Of a DNA stretch of 64,000 nt, positions 19,784-32,320 are shown in pieces. Position 1 is the first letter of the stretch; every line of letters begins with the position of its first letter. Source of the stretch: Bdellovibrionales bacterium (lineage in GTDB: Bacteria > Bdellovibrionota > Bdellovibrionia > Bdellovibrionales > UBA1609); the NCBI GenBank assembly GCA_020628165.1, contig JAHDFM010000017.1, forward strand, positions 17,690 through 81,689, in the 5' to 3' direction. The notes beneath the pieces were generated by a model, which did no database searches, had not been told where the DNA came from, and saw only the letters and a program-made list of their open reading frames with translations. The translations under genes and the position numbers were made by a program.

Positions 19784-21382
19784 ATGAAATACATTTTAAT
19801 CACACTGCTATTGATTTCAAACAGTGCTTTTTCAGCTGATAATGCCAAAGACATTTTAAATAAAATGACCTTAGAAGAAAAAGTGAAACAACTTTTTATC
19901 TTTAACGTTTACCAGAATAAATTTAATAAAACTTACGCCAACATTTTAAAAAAGCACCGACCGGGTTCTTATATATTATTTAGTAAGGACATTCCTTCGA
20001 TAAAGTCTCTACACAATTTAACGTCTGGCTTGCACAATACTTATTTAAAAGCTGACGGTTTACCACCTTTAATAATGATTGATCAGGAAGGCGGGCATAT
20101 TACTCGAATTCGTACCAAACCAAATCTGCCAAGCCCTCTTGCTGTGAGTATGTCCGGAGACCCCAGCCTTAGTTACTCTGCTGGCTCTGATGTGGCAAAG
20201 ATCTTACAACTTCTCGGTATTAATATGAACCTCGCACCCGTTGTAGATCTTTCTGACCCCTTCATTAAGAATTTTATAGGTAACCGATCTTTTGGTAACG
20301 ACCCTGACGATGTAGTTAAATTTGCAAGCACACAAGCCTTAGCTTTTGAAGAGCAATATATTATTCCAACTTTTAAACACTTTCCTGGCCATGGTGGTGT
20401 CATTCAAGATAGTCACAAAAAACTTCCAAAGAAATTATCTACTTTAGAAGAGCTCAGAGAGCATGACTTAAAACCATTTCAAGAGTTAATTAAACGACAC
20501 CCTAACGCCTCAATCCTTATAGGCCACCTTGCCTTTCCAAACATCGACGCCAGTGGTATGCCTGCAACATTTTCTAAACTCCTGCTCACAGATCTTTTAA
20601 AGAAAGAGCTTGGTTTTAAAGGACTCATCATCACCGATGATTTACAAATGAAAGCTTTAAAAAGCTATGGTCGTTTACTCAATCGCTCCCGCCTCGCTTT
20701 TAATGCAGGCTCTGATTTACTTATGATAACTGGCAGTTATGGGCTCCAGCGCAAACTTATCAAGGGTTTTACAAAATTGGTTCAAACAAAAAAAGTGTCA
20801 ATAGACCGAGTTGATGAATCTGTATTAAAGGTTATCAAAGCTAAACTCAGCCTGAAAGAAAATTTTTATAATAAGAAGAGAAGTTATAAACAGGTATTGG
20901 CTGAAATAAAAACACATGTGAAAAGTTTGAAAGGAAGCGCCGATAACATCATTAATAACAATTTAAAGAAAGATCTCAATGATGTGATTTCACAAATAAG
21001 TACTGACCTTAACGATTCAAAAAAAGTGAAAGTCTTCTCAGCCTACAAAAGTTTCTTTAACCAAATGAAAACAAAATTTCCAAAAAAGAGTTTCCAACAT
21101 CATTACTTGAGTCGTAAGAGAGGCCTTAGCTCTAAAAAATTCTCAAGGGAAAAATCAAACGAGTTAAATATATACTATGCCACAGGATTGGGAACCCTAC
21201 GTATGTTAAGACGACTCCCAAACAGTGTTAAACGTAACACCATAGTCATAAATTCTACTCATCCAGGAGCGTTACCCAACCAAAACCTTTACAAAAAAGT
21301 AGTGAACTTAAATACACCTTATTCATATTCTGGAAAGCTCTTTGCTACTATCTTGAAAGCAAAAGGCAAAATGGTTAAGTAA
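19784..21382 (+). CDS. Secreted glycoside hydrolase family 3 (NagZ-type beta-N-acetylhexosaminidase) with C-terminal extension
   Basis: Signal peptide MKYILITLLLISNSAFSA. GH3 motifs KHFPGHG and GLIITDDLQM. About 190 Lys-rich C-terminal residues have no recognisable domain. Confidence 0.8.
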   Translation: MKYILITLLLISNSAFSADNAKDILNKMTLEEKVKQLFIFNVYQNKFNKTYANILKKHRPGSYILFSKDIPSIKSLHNLTSGLHNTYLKADGLPPLIMIDQEGGHITRIRTKPNLPSPLAVSMSGDPSLSYSAGSDVAKILQLLGINMNLAPVVDLSDPFIKNFIGNRSFGNDPDDVVKFASTQALAFEEQYIIPTFKHFPGHGGVIQDSHKKLPKKLSTLEELREHDLKPFQELIKRHPNASILIGHLAFPNIDASGMPATFSKLLLTDLLKKELGFKGLIITDDLQMKALKSYGRLLNRSRLAFNAGSDLLMITGSYGLQRKLIKGFTKLVQTKKVSIDRVDESVLKVIKAKLSLKENFYNKKRSYKQVLAEIKTHVKSLKGSADNIINNNLKKDLNDVISQISTDLNDSKKVKVFSAYKSFFNQMKTKFPKKSFQHHYLSRKRGLSSKKFSREKSNELNIYYATGLGTLRMLRRLPNSVKRNTIVINSTHPGALPNQNLYKKVVNLNTPYSYSGKLFATILKAKGKMVK

Positions 21383-21581
21383 AATTAATTGAACTCAATG
21401 AAGCTTTAAATTCATATTGGTTTATAAATATTTTATACTTTAAATAATTTAGCAATTGGTCGTTTCATAATTCCAAAATCGAGGATTAATGAAGCGACGA
21501 CTAGTTTGGGCGCCTATGATACGGTCACTAATGACTTTATTTAGTCGAATTAGTTAAATTCTATTTAAAAGATAATAGAAC

Positions 21582-21983
21582 TTATTTTGTGATACTTAGG
21601 CGGGTGATGGCTCGCTTCATTTTGTTCATATATTTTGCGAGATCTTCGGCACCTAGATCTTTGAAATTATCTAGTTTGTCTTCTGAGTCTTTCAAAGCTT
21701 TTTCTGAACGGGCTTTATCGATCTCTGCTGAGCTTTCTGCTTTTTCAGCTAAGACTTCAATTTTGTTTGCATTGATTTCGCAATAGCCCCAGCTGATTGC
21801 AAAATTCTGATAGTCTGAACTTTCGGTTTCTTTATATTTTAAAACTCCAATGTCTAGTGTTGTAATGAGCGGTGAGTGACCGTCAAGAACAGTGAGCTCA
21901 CCTCTGTGTGCAGGGACAACAACCTCACACACTTCTTTATCAACTAATAATTTTTTATTTGGAGTTACAATATTTAAAACCAT
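21582..21983 (-). CDS. atpC: F1 ATP synthase epsilon subunit
   Basis: 133-aa ORF directly after atpD, with an epsilon-like N-terminal beta-domain and C-terminal helices. Confidence 0.88.
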   Translation of the reverse strand: MVLNIVTPNKKLLVDKEVCEVVVPAHRGELTVLDGHSPLITTLDIGVLKYKETESSDYQNFAISWGYCEINANKIEVLAEKAESSAEIDKARSEKALKDSEDKLDNFKDLGAEDLAKYMNKMKRAITRLSITK

Positions 21984-21991
21984 TTTTTATC

Positions 21992-24287
<2,296 letters not shown>

Positions 24288-24303
24288 TCTTCAGTTTACC
24301 TTA

Positions 24304-26361
<2,058 letters not shown>

Positions 26362-26362
<1 letters not shown>

Positions 26363-26913
26363 TATTGAACCGCCTCAATGTTTCTTATGAATTCGTCTTT
26401 TAATTTTTGTAAATCCGGTTGTGACATACCTTCACTTAAACCTACTTTAGCCTTCTTAAAAGATTTAGAGAGCAAGTCCATTTTAAGCTCACTCACTATT
26501 TTATTTTTCTCATTCATAATTTTACTTTCAGAATCGATGATGATTTTTTTAGCCTGTTCGTTGGCATTATTAATTAGAGTTTCAGAGTTATTTTTGGCAT
26601 TCACTTTAGCTTCAGAGATTGACTTATCAGCGTTCACTTTGAGCTGCTCTAAACGCTCTTTGATTTCATCTCTATTTTTTATTGCCAGTTCTTTTTGCTC
26701 TTGAGCTTTTCTAAACTCTTCATCAAATTTATCAACTCTGCCAACGAAAAGTGCTTTGATTTTGTCTTTTAATAACCAAGTGAGTATCCCAATCGCTAAG
26801 ATCACATTCACAGTTTGGGCAGTGATCATTGACCATGGAATGCCTTCTCCGCCACCAGCTGAAAAAGCGGCTGTGCTGTATAATAATATGCTAAGAACTA
26901 AAATTAATTTCAT
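26362..26913 (-). CDS. atpF: Fo ATP synthase b subunit
   Basis: 183 aa. One TM segment followed by a long charged helix. Extra N-terminal signal-like segment MKLILVLSILLYSTAAFSAGGGEG. Confidence 0.78.
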
Positions 26914-26925
26914 GCATTCACTCCA

Positions 26926-27357
26926 TCAGCCGATCACTGATTCTTTGATCAGTTTTGCAAGAGGTTCAACTTCACCACTCAATTGATTCATTAAATTCTT
27001 TTTGGTTTCTTCTAATTGATTTTCAGATGATTTTTTAAGCTCAGAAGATTTTAATAAAGCATCTTTTATAATGTCGTCTTGTTTTAAAAGAGCGTCTTTT
27101 TTTTCATCGTCAAAAATTTTCTTGATTTTGAAGTTGAGAGCTTTCGCGTTTTCTTCATATTCTTTTTCAAGGAGAGCTGTTTCTTCAACAATTTGAGTGG
27201 CTTTTTCTTCGCTACCGGTTGTTCGATTGTAGCGCTCTAGATAAGCATCAAAATACGGTTTAAACACTAAGCGAGTCAGTATTATGTAACCGATAAGAAA
27301 CAATAAAAACTGTATAAAAATGGTATTATCAATACCAAGGGCTTTCAGCATTTCCAT
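26926..27357 (-). CDS. Fo ATP synthase b-prime-like subunit
   Basis: 143 aa. Single N-terminal TM segment plus a charged coiled helix. First gene of the atp(F'FHAGDC) array. Confidence 0.68.
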   Translation of the reverse strand: MEMLKALGIDNTIFIQFLLFLIGYIILTRLVFKPYFDAYLERYNRTTGSEEKATQIVEETALLEKEYEENAKALNFKIKKIFDDEKKDALLKQDDIIKDALLKSSELKKSSENQLEETKKNLMNQLSGEVEPLAKLIKESVIG

Positions 27358-27382
27358 CTATATGTACCTCAGGTTTGAGCTA

Positions 27383-27411
27383 GAGTTAACTTGAGGGTGG
27401 TTCTTGGTCAA
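27383..27411 (-). promoter_or_regulatory. Candidate sigma70-type promoter for the atpF' operon
   Basis: On the minus strand: TTGACC, 17-nt spacer, TTAACT. The -10 element ends 26 nt upstream of ATG 27357. The -10 is weak. Confidence 0.25.
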
Positions 27412-27445
27412 GCCAAATTATTGATTTTAGATAAGATTAATTTTA

Positions 27446-27826
27446 TTAATATGAGGCGTTAGCAGGGGTAGATTTTTCACTATTTTGGTTGTTACTCATA
27501 TATGAAGCGCCTTCAAAAACAACCCCTTCAGCTATGTCTAAAGTTGGGCTCGATAGAGAACCTCTGAAAATGGCAGGAGGCCTCATTGTAACGCTTTCTG
27601 AGGCACTAATATTTCCTTCAAAAGTACCAGATATTATTACTTTACGCGCTTCAACTTCAGCATTCACTTGGGCGGTGGAAGAGATCACCAAAGTGTCTTT
27701 GGTAAAAATCTCACCCTTAAATTGACCACCTATACGAACACAGCCTTCAAAACTCAAATTACCTTCGAAGCTGGTGCCGGGACTAAGCAACCCCGTGATA
27801 CTTTCATTGATTTTTAATTCTTCCAA
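27446..27826 (-). CDS. Bactofilin (polymer-forming cytoskeletal protein, DUF583)
   Basis: 126 aa. Repetitive beta-helix pattern FEGNLSFEGCVRIGGQFKGEI...VIISGTFEGNISASESV...DIAEGVVFEGAS. Start overlaps the parB stop by 13 nt. Confidence 0.8.
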   Translation of the reverse strand: MEELKINESITGLLSPGTSFEGNLSFEGCVRIGGQFKGEIFTKDTLVISSTAQVNAEVEARKVIISGTFEGNISASESVTMRPPAIFRGSLSSPTLDIAEGVVFEGASYMSNNQNSEKSTPANASY

Positions 27827-28851
27827 TGATCCCTCAGATTATTAACAAAGCTATTGAGTTCAGATACAGAGTAAAATTGAATCTGAACTTTTGATTTCCC
27901 TTTGTCATATTTTAAATTCACTTTTGTACCAAGAATTTTCTGCATTTCCTGTTCAAGAGATTGAATTTGTTTGCCAATGCCTGAATTTATTTCATTTTTA
28001 CTAACAACCTTTGCACCTTGCAGCCTCTTAATTAGCTTTGATGCTTGTTTAACGCTCAGTGAACTTTTAAAAATCTTTCTGGCAATCTTATGTTGCAATC
28101 TCCTGTCATCAACAGACAGAAGAAGCTTGGCATGCCCCATAGAGATTTCATTCTTTTTCACCATTTCCATGACTTCAAAAGATAAGTTTAGAAGACGTAA
28201 AACGTTAGCAATAGTTGCTCTTTCTTTACCAACTTTTTGAGCCACATCTGACTGCGTGAGATCAAATTCATCCATTAAATTTTTATAGGCTTTTGCTTCT
28301 TCAATTGGATTTAAATCTTCTCTTTGAATATTTTCAACCAGAGCCACTTCTAATGTTTTTTGAGCACTCAATTCTTTTACAATAGCAGGTACTTCATGAA
28401 GGCCAGCCATTTGCGATGCTCTCCATCTTCGCTCTCCAGCTATGATTTCAAATTGATCTTTATTGAGTATCTTAACGGTAATAGGTTGAATCACTCCATT
28501 TTCTTTAATGGACTGACTAAGTTGAGCTAATTTTTCTTTGTCAAAGACTTTTCTTGGTTGATCTTTGTTTCCCGTAATTTTCTCGATAGGTAAACTGATC
28601 ACCTTATTAATAAAGTCATCTTTTTTATCCGAAACTTTTACTTGCACTGCTGGTTCTGGTGTTTGCTCTGTTTTTACAACTTTTTGTTCTTCTGACTTAT
28701 CAGTTGTATTAGGTCTAGAAATCACTCTAGCATATTGAGTTGTTTCTTCTGTTTTACTCTCCTCATTACTCAGAGCATCATTTGCTCCTAATAAACTTCC
28801 TAAGCCACGGCCAAGAGCATTTTTCTTATTTTTATTTGCTGATGTATTCAT
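27814..28851 (-). CDS. parB: Chromosome partitioning protein ParB
   Basis: 345 aa. N-terminal LGRGLGSLL, ParB box IIAGERRWRAS, HTH region. Confidence 0.93.
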   Translation of the reverse strand: MNTSANKNKKNALGRGLGSLLGANDALSNEESKTEETTQYARVISRPNTTDKSEEQKVVKTEQTPEPAVQVKVSDKKDDFINKVISLPIEKITGNKDQPRKVFDKEKLAQLSQSIKENGVIQPITVKILNKDQFEIIAGERRWRASQMAGLHEVPAIVKELSAQKTLEVALVENIQREDLNPIEEAKAYKNLMDEFDLTQSDVAQKVGKERATIANVLRLLNLSFEVMEMVKKNEISMGHAKLLLSVDDRRLQHKIARKIFKSSLSVKQASKLIKRLQGAKVVSKNEINSGIGKQIQSLEQEMQKILGTKVNLKYDKGKSKVQIQFYSVSELNSFVNNLRDHWKN

Positions 28852-28866
28852 TGTGCACCTTTCACC

Positions 28867-29709
28867 TTATAGTTGAGCATGTTGTGGAGGGGTTTGATTA
28901 TTCATAACCTGGTTATTTTGACTATCCTGACTACTCTGACTAGCTACTACTCGCTGATCAAGTTCAGAAGCTAATTCAAGATAACGCTTGGCACCAATTG
29001 ATTTCGGATCATATTGAACAATCGACTTGCCATGACTAGGCGCTTCACTCAATCTAACATTCCTAGGAATGATAGCATTGAAGACCTTGTCGCCAAAATG
29101 TGATTGAATTTCTGAAACAACCTGATGACTCAAGTTATTTCTCTTATCAAACATAGTTAGAACGATTCCTTCTATCTTTAACTCTGAGTTGAGGTTCTTT
29201 TTAATAATGCCAGCGGTATTTAGTAACTGACTTAAACCTTCTAATGCAAAGTACTCACACTGAAGTGGCACCAAGAAAGACTGGGCCGAACAAAGTGCAT
29301 TTACTGTAAGTAGTCCTAGTGAGGGGGGGCAATCAATGATGACGTAATCATAATCATCAGCTACCCTTTGAATAGCATCCTTTAATCTGTACTCTCTTCG
29401 AGGCATATCAACTAATTCAATCTCTGCACCTACTAAGTCAGGGGTTGCACAGACAATATCTAAGTTTTTATGTCCTGTTTTCTTTATAACATCTTGAATG
29501 GTCTTTTCACCAATCAATACATGGTATACGTTTGAGTCTTGTGACTCAATTCTGCGAATTCCAATGCCAGAAGAAGCATTTCCTTGCGGATCCATATCTA
29601 TAATAAGGACTCTTCTGTTTAATTCCGATAAAGAGGCAGCTAAGTTAACAGACGTTGTGGTCTTGCCTACTCCACCTTTTTGGTTGGCTATGCAAATAGT
29701 TTTGATCAT
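28867..29709 (-). CDS. parA: Chromosome partitioning ATPase ParA (Soj)
   Basis: 280 aa. Deviant Walker A IANQKGGVGKTTTS. AAGGAGGG Shine-Dalgarno 6 nt upstream. Confidence 0.95.
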   Translation of the reverse strand: MIKTICIANQKGGVGKTTTSVNLAASLSELNRRVLIIDMDPQGNASSGIGIRRIESQDSNVYHVLIGEKTIQDVIKKTGHKNLDIVCATPDLVGAEIELVDMPRREYRLKDAIQRVADDYDYVIIDCPPSLGLLTVNALCSAQSFLVPLQCEYFALEGLSQLLNTAGIIKKNLNSELKIEGIVLTMFDKRNNLSHQVVSEIQSHFGDKVFNAIIPRNVRLSEAPSHGKSIVQYDPKSIGAKRYLELASELDQRVVASQSSQDSQNNQVMNNQTPPQHAQL

Positions 29710-29786
29710 GACTAACCCTCCTTTGACTAATCAGGGTATTCAATTTGGTCCATTAGTTACTCAAGTTTTGTAACTAATGTACCGAT

Positions 29787-29802
29787 TGTTCCACGTGGAA
29801 CA
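29787..29802. other. parS: parS centromere-like site
   Basis: Perfect 16-bp palindrome TGTTCCACGTGGAACA, within 2 nt of the TGTTNCACGTGAAACA consensus (from memory). Lies 78 nt upstream of the parA start. Confidence 0.85.
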
Positions 29803-29832
29803 TTGTAAGTCCATAAAAATGATTGTCTCATT

Positions 29833-30342
29833 ATGAATATTTTTTATACGACCCTTATTTTAGCTCTCTTTTTAACATCTTGTGTAAATACTAAGATGAA
29901 AAACCCAGAAGTAGAGGATTTAGTCTATTTGGATATCCAAAAGGATATAGCTGCTATTGATAGAGTAGTAAAACTACGAGAAACAGAAATACAAGTTATA
30001 AGAGATGAAATGAGGTCACTCAAAGTACGCTCACCACTTTTAAACGTTAAACAGAAAAGAATTGATAATATGTCAGATGACGTAAAAAGATTCGTACAAT
30101 TAAAGAAGTACTTACTGATTAAGAAGAAGAAAAGAAGCGTTTACGCTAAAATACTCTATGAACTTCACTATAATGACAAAGATGCCTACCCATGGCCTGA
30201 TCAAGCTGAGTATTCATCTTACTTAGTTGAAAAAGAAAGTAATATGCTGCCAATCAGAGAAATCAACAAAGCCGATAGCAGTAGAGAACTCACTCACAAA
30301 AAGGATGTAAGTAAAATCCTACGAGAAAATGGCTTAAACTGA
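29833..30342 (+). CDS. Hypothetical lipoprotein
   Basis: 169 aa. Signal plus lipobox LALFLTSC; charged coiled-coil-like body. Opposite strand to all neighbours and flanked by both parS sites. Confidence 0.5.
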   Translation: MNIFYTTLILALFLTSCVNTKMKNPEVEDLVYLDIQKDIAAIDRVVKLRETEIQVIRDEMRSLKVRSPLLNVKQKRIDNMSDDVKRFVQLKKYLLIKKKKRSVYAKILYELHYNDKDAYPWPDQAEYSSYLVEKESNMLPIREINKADSSRELTHKKDVSKILRENGLN

Positions 30343-30343
30343 A

Positions 30344-30359
30344 TGTTCCACGTGGAACA
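30344..30359. other. parS: parS centromere-like site
   Basis: Second identical palindrome TGTTCCACGTGGAACA, starting 2 nt after the stop of the lipoprotein ORF. Confidence 0.85.
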
Positions 30360-30452
30360 ATGGCTAGTTCTTCCCCTCTACACCTCTTTTTTATATTTTG
30401 TAATTTTTGGTTTAATTTGGTGCTAATTATGAGGGTGTTTGAATAAAAACCC

Positions 30453-30566
30453 AATGAGTTGGCGTGTTTATTTTCCGTACTCAGACAGCTATGGACAGCA
30501 CCGCTCGCCATTGGCGAGCAGCGCACCCACAGAACTCCGTGCGGACAATAAACACGCCAACTCATT
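30453..30566 (-). repeat. GC-rich 114-nt extended-hairpin module, copy 1 (candidate structured RNA or element terminus)
   Basis: Perfect 20-bp outer stem AATGAGTTGGCGTGTTTATT / AATAAACACGCCAACTCATT. Conserved GC-rich core with apical stem GCTCGCC-ATT-GGCGAGC. G-T wobbles favour the minus strand 4 to 1. Confidence 0.6.
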
Positions 30567-31441
30567 TAGAATATGTATTTTTTTAGATATACTCATATTT
30601 ACCCCTTTGTAATAGCTGGCTTTTATGAGTCATATTTACTTTTATTTAATTAGTTATTACTAATTAACCTACATTACTCAAAATTATTCTCATAATACAA
30701 AGAGCTTGGTGTATAGGCTCAGAACAGTGGCTGCGTGGTGGTAGAGAAACTTAATGTAGTAAACATTTATAAACCTGATTATTTAAGATTCATCATAGTT
30801 TTACTATTAAATTCTATGAACTACTTACTAATAATCTTTTTAGGCTACCTATCAAGAGCCACCTTCCAATAATACATATAAAACTATTAGGTACTCCATA
30901 TATTGAAGATAAACCTATAAAGGACCATAAAGATATTTTAATGGACTAGCTCTTATTACGTTGGATAGCGTTTTATTGATAGTTTAGTAATGTGGCTAAC
31001 GAAGTGTCTACTGTATAAATATATAACTTCTAAAACTATTATTCAGGATTGTTGATTAGTAAAAAGAGTAAAATCTATTCAAGATTCACAACACATTATA
31101 CCACATAGTAAATGGACTCTTTTAAAATATAGATCATTGTATATACTAATTTAATCAGAGACAGCTTTAAACAATTTATAAACAAGACATAGCTATGATA
31201 GTAACTAACTAGTTCAACTAGCGTTTGTGCTTGCCAAAACCAAAAGAACTAGGCTTTAAAAAAAGTTTAAGGAATTTCTTTATGAGTTATTAACCAGCTA
31301 AAAATCCAAAATTCCTTTTCAGCAAAATAAGCCCAAAAAACACCACCACGCGAGAGTAGAAACGCAGCCCTGTCTTTCTTAATAACAGCGAAGTAGAGCA
31401 TAGTTATTGTTTAATTTAACGGTTTTGTTTAGAGATATCTA

Positions 31442-31555
31442 AAAGAAATCAAATACTTGTGTTCTGCACGCAGTTCCGCGGGTGTGCTGCTCGCCGACGG
31501 CGAGCGGTGCTGCCCGAGGCTGTCTGAGTACGGGACATAAGTATTTGATTTCTTT
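31442..31555 (+). repeat. GC-rich 114-nt extended-hairpin module, copy 2 (inverted relative to copy 1)
   Basis: Perfect 17-bp outer stem AAAGAAATCAAATACTT / AAGTATTTGATTTCTTT, unrelated to the copy 1 stem. Same core and apical stem GCTCGCC-GAC-GGCGAGC. G-T wobbles favour the plus strand 6 to 1. Confidence 0.6.
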
Positions 31556-31603
31556 GAGTTTTACTGCAACACTGGCAAATAAAAAGCAAGAAACGAAGGC
31601 GGA

Positions 31604-32320
31604 CTACAAAGAAAAACAGGTCGTTTTTACGATATGTCTTTCTCCTAGATCATTAGAAAGCTTATAAGTGTGAATATGCTCAGGCTTCCAAACACTTAAT
31701 AATTGTGACGGCATATCCGCAACCTCATTGGACCAAAGTGGACCCTTTAAATGATAGTATGTTCCACCAACAGCAAAGGCTTTTCTTGTTAGAAGACATG
31801 ATTTTGTGATGGAGGCAAAACCTCGACTAACAGCTGTTTGTATTCCATTGCCGAGAACCTTACCTACGTCTTGGTTATGGACAGCTACATTTTTCAAGGC
31901 AAGCTTTGTAGTCATGTACTTTAAAAATTCAAGCTTGCGATTATCGTTGTCCATTAAAACAAATTTTCTATTCTGATCTAGAATTGCCATGATCAACCCT
32001 GGAAAACCATTTCCGGAACCAAAGTCGTATATAATATCTGAATCAGTGTCTTCCAGAATTTGTTCACTTGCTAGGTAGCTGTCTAAAAAATGTAAGACAT
32101 CAGCATCATAAATTGAGTTTTTTGAAACTAGATTAATCTTCTGGTTAAATTTGACTAAATCTTCGTGATAAACCTCAAATCGTTTTTTGTGTGGATTATC
32201 AGGTAGTATTTCATTAAGACGCCAAAATATTTTTCTTGGACCATCTAGGTTTTTTTCGAGAATCAAAGCCTGTTGCTTTTCCTCATCTGTTGCTTCTAAG
32301 AAGATGTATCTACCTTTCAC
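31604..32320 (-). CDS. rsmG: 16S rRNA (guanine527-N7)-methyltransferase RsmG (GidB)
   Basis: 238 aa. SAM motif [11 protein letters not shown]. Directly downstream of mnmG, with an 11-nt overlap. Confidence 0.88.
   Translation of the reverse strand: MKGRYIFLEATDEEKQQALILEKNLDGPRKIFWRLNEILPDNPHKKRFEVYHEDLVKFNQKINLVSKNSIYDADVLHFLDSYLASEQILEDTDSDIIYDFGSGNGFPGLIMAILDQNRKFVLMDNDNRKLEFLKYMTTKLALKNVAVHNQDVGKVLGNGIQTAVSRGFASITKSCLLTRKAFAVGGTYYHLKGPLWSNEVADMPSQLLSVWKPEHIHTYKLSNDLGERHIVKTTCFSL

Noticed and set aside
30290-30565. 91-aa ORF (minus strand) covering hairpin module 1. Its counterpart is the 61-aa ORF at 31482-31667 (plus strand) covering module 2. Both contain CSP.ASGA...CLST.
   Set aside because: The shared peptide is just the translation of the conserved GC-rich hairpin core in its two orientations. 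There is no Shine-Dalgarno sequence, the flanks are unrelated, and the second ORF overlaps the rsmG 3' end. I treat them as artefacts of the repeat.
30567-31441. AT-rich 875-bp segment next to parS considered as oriC.
   Set aside because: I found only one 8/9 DnaA-box-like match (about 31001, on the complement). The dnaA-dnaN spacer has four TTATNCACA boxes including two perfect ones, and the gene-orientation switch is at rpmH/dnaA. oriC is more likely there.
30453-31555. Hairpin modules considered as integron attC sites, a CRISPR array, a retron msr/msd, IS200/IS605 ends or a hammerhead ribozyme.
   Set aside because: There are no conserved RYYYAAC/GTTRRRY ends, and no intI, cas, reverse transcriptase or tnpA/tnpB in the window. 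Only two copies exist and they are inverted rather than direct. CTGAGTA does not fit the CUGANGA hammerhead core.
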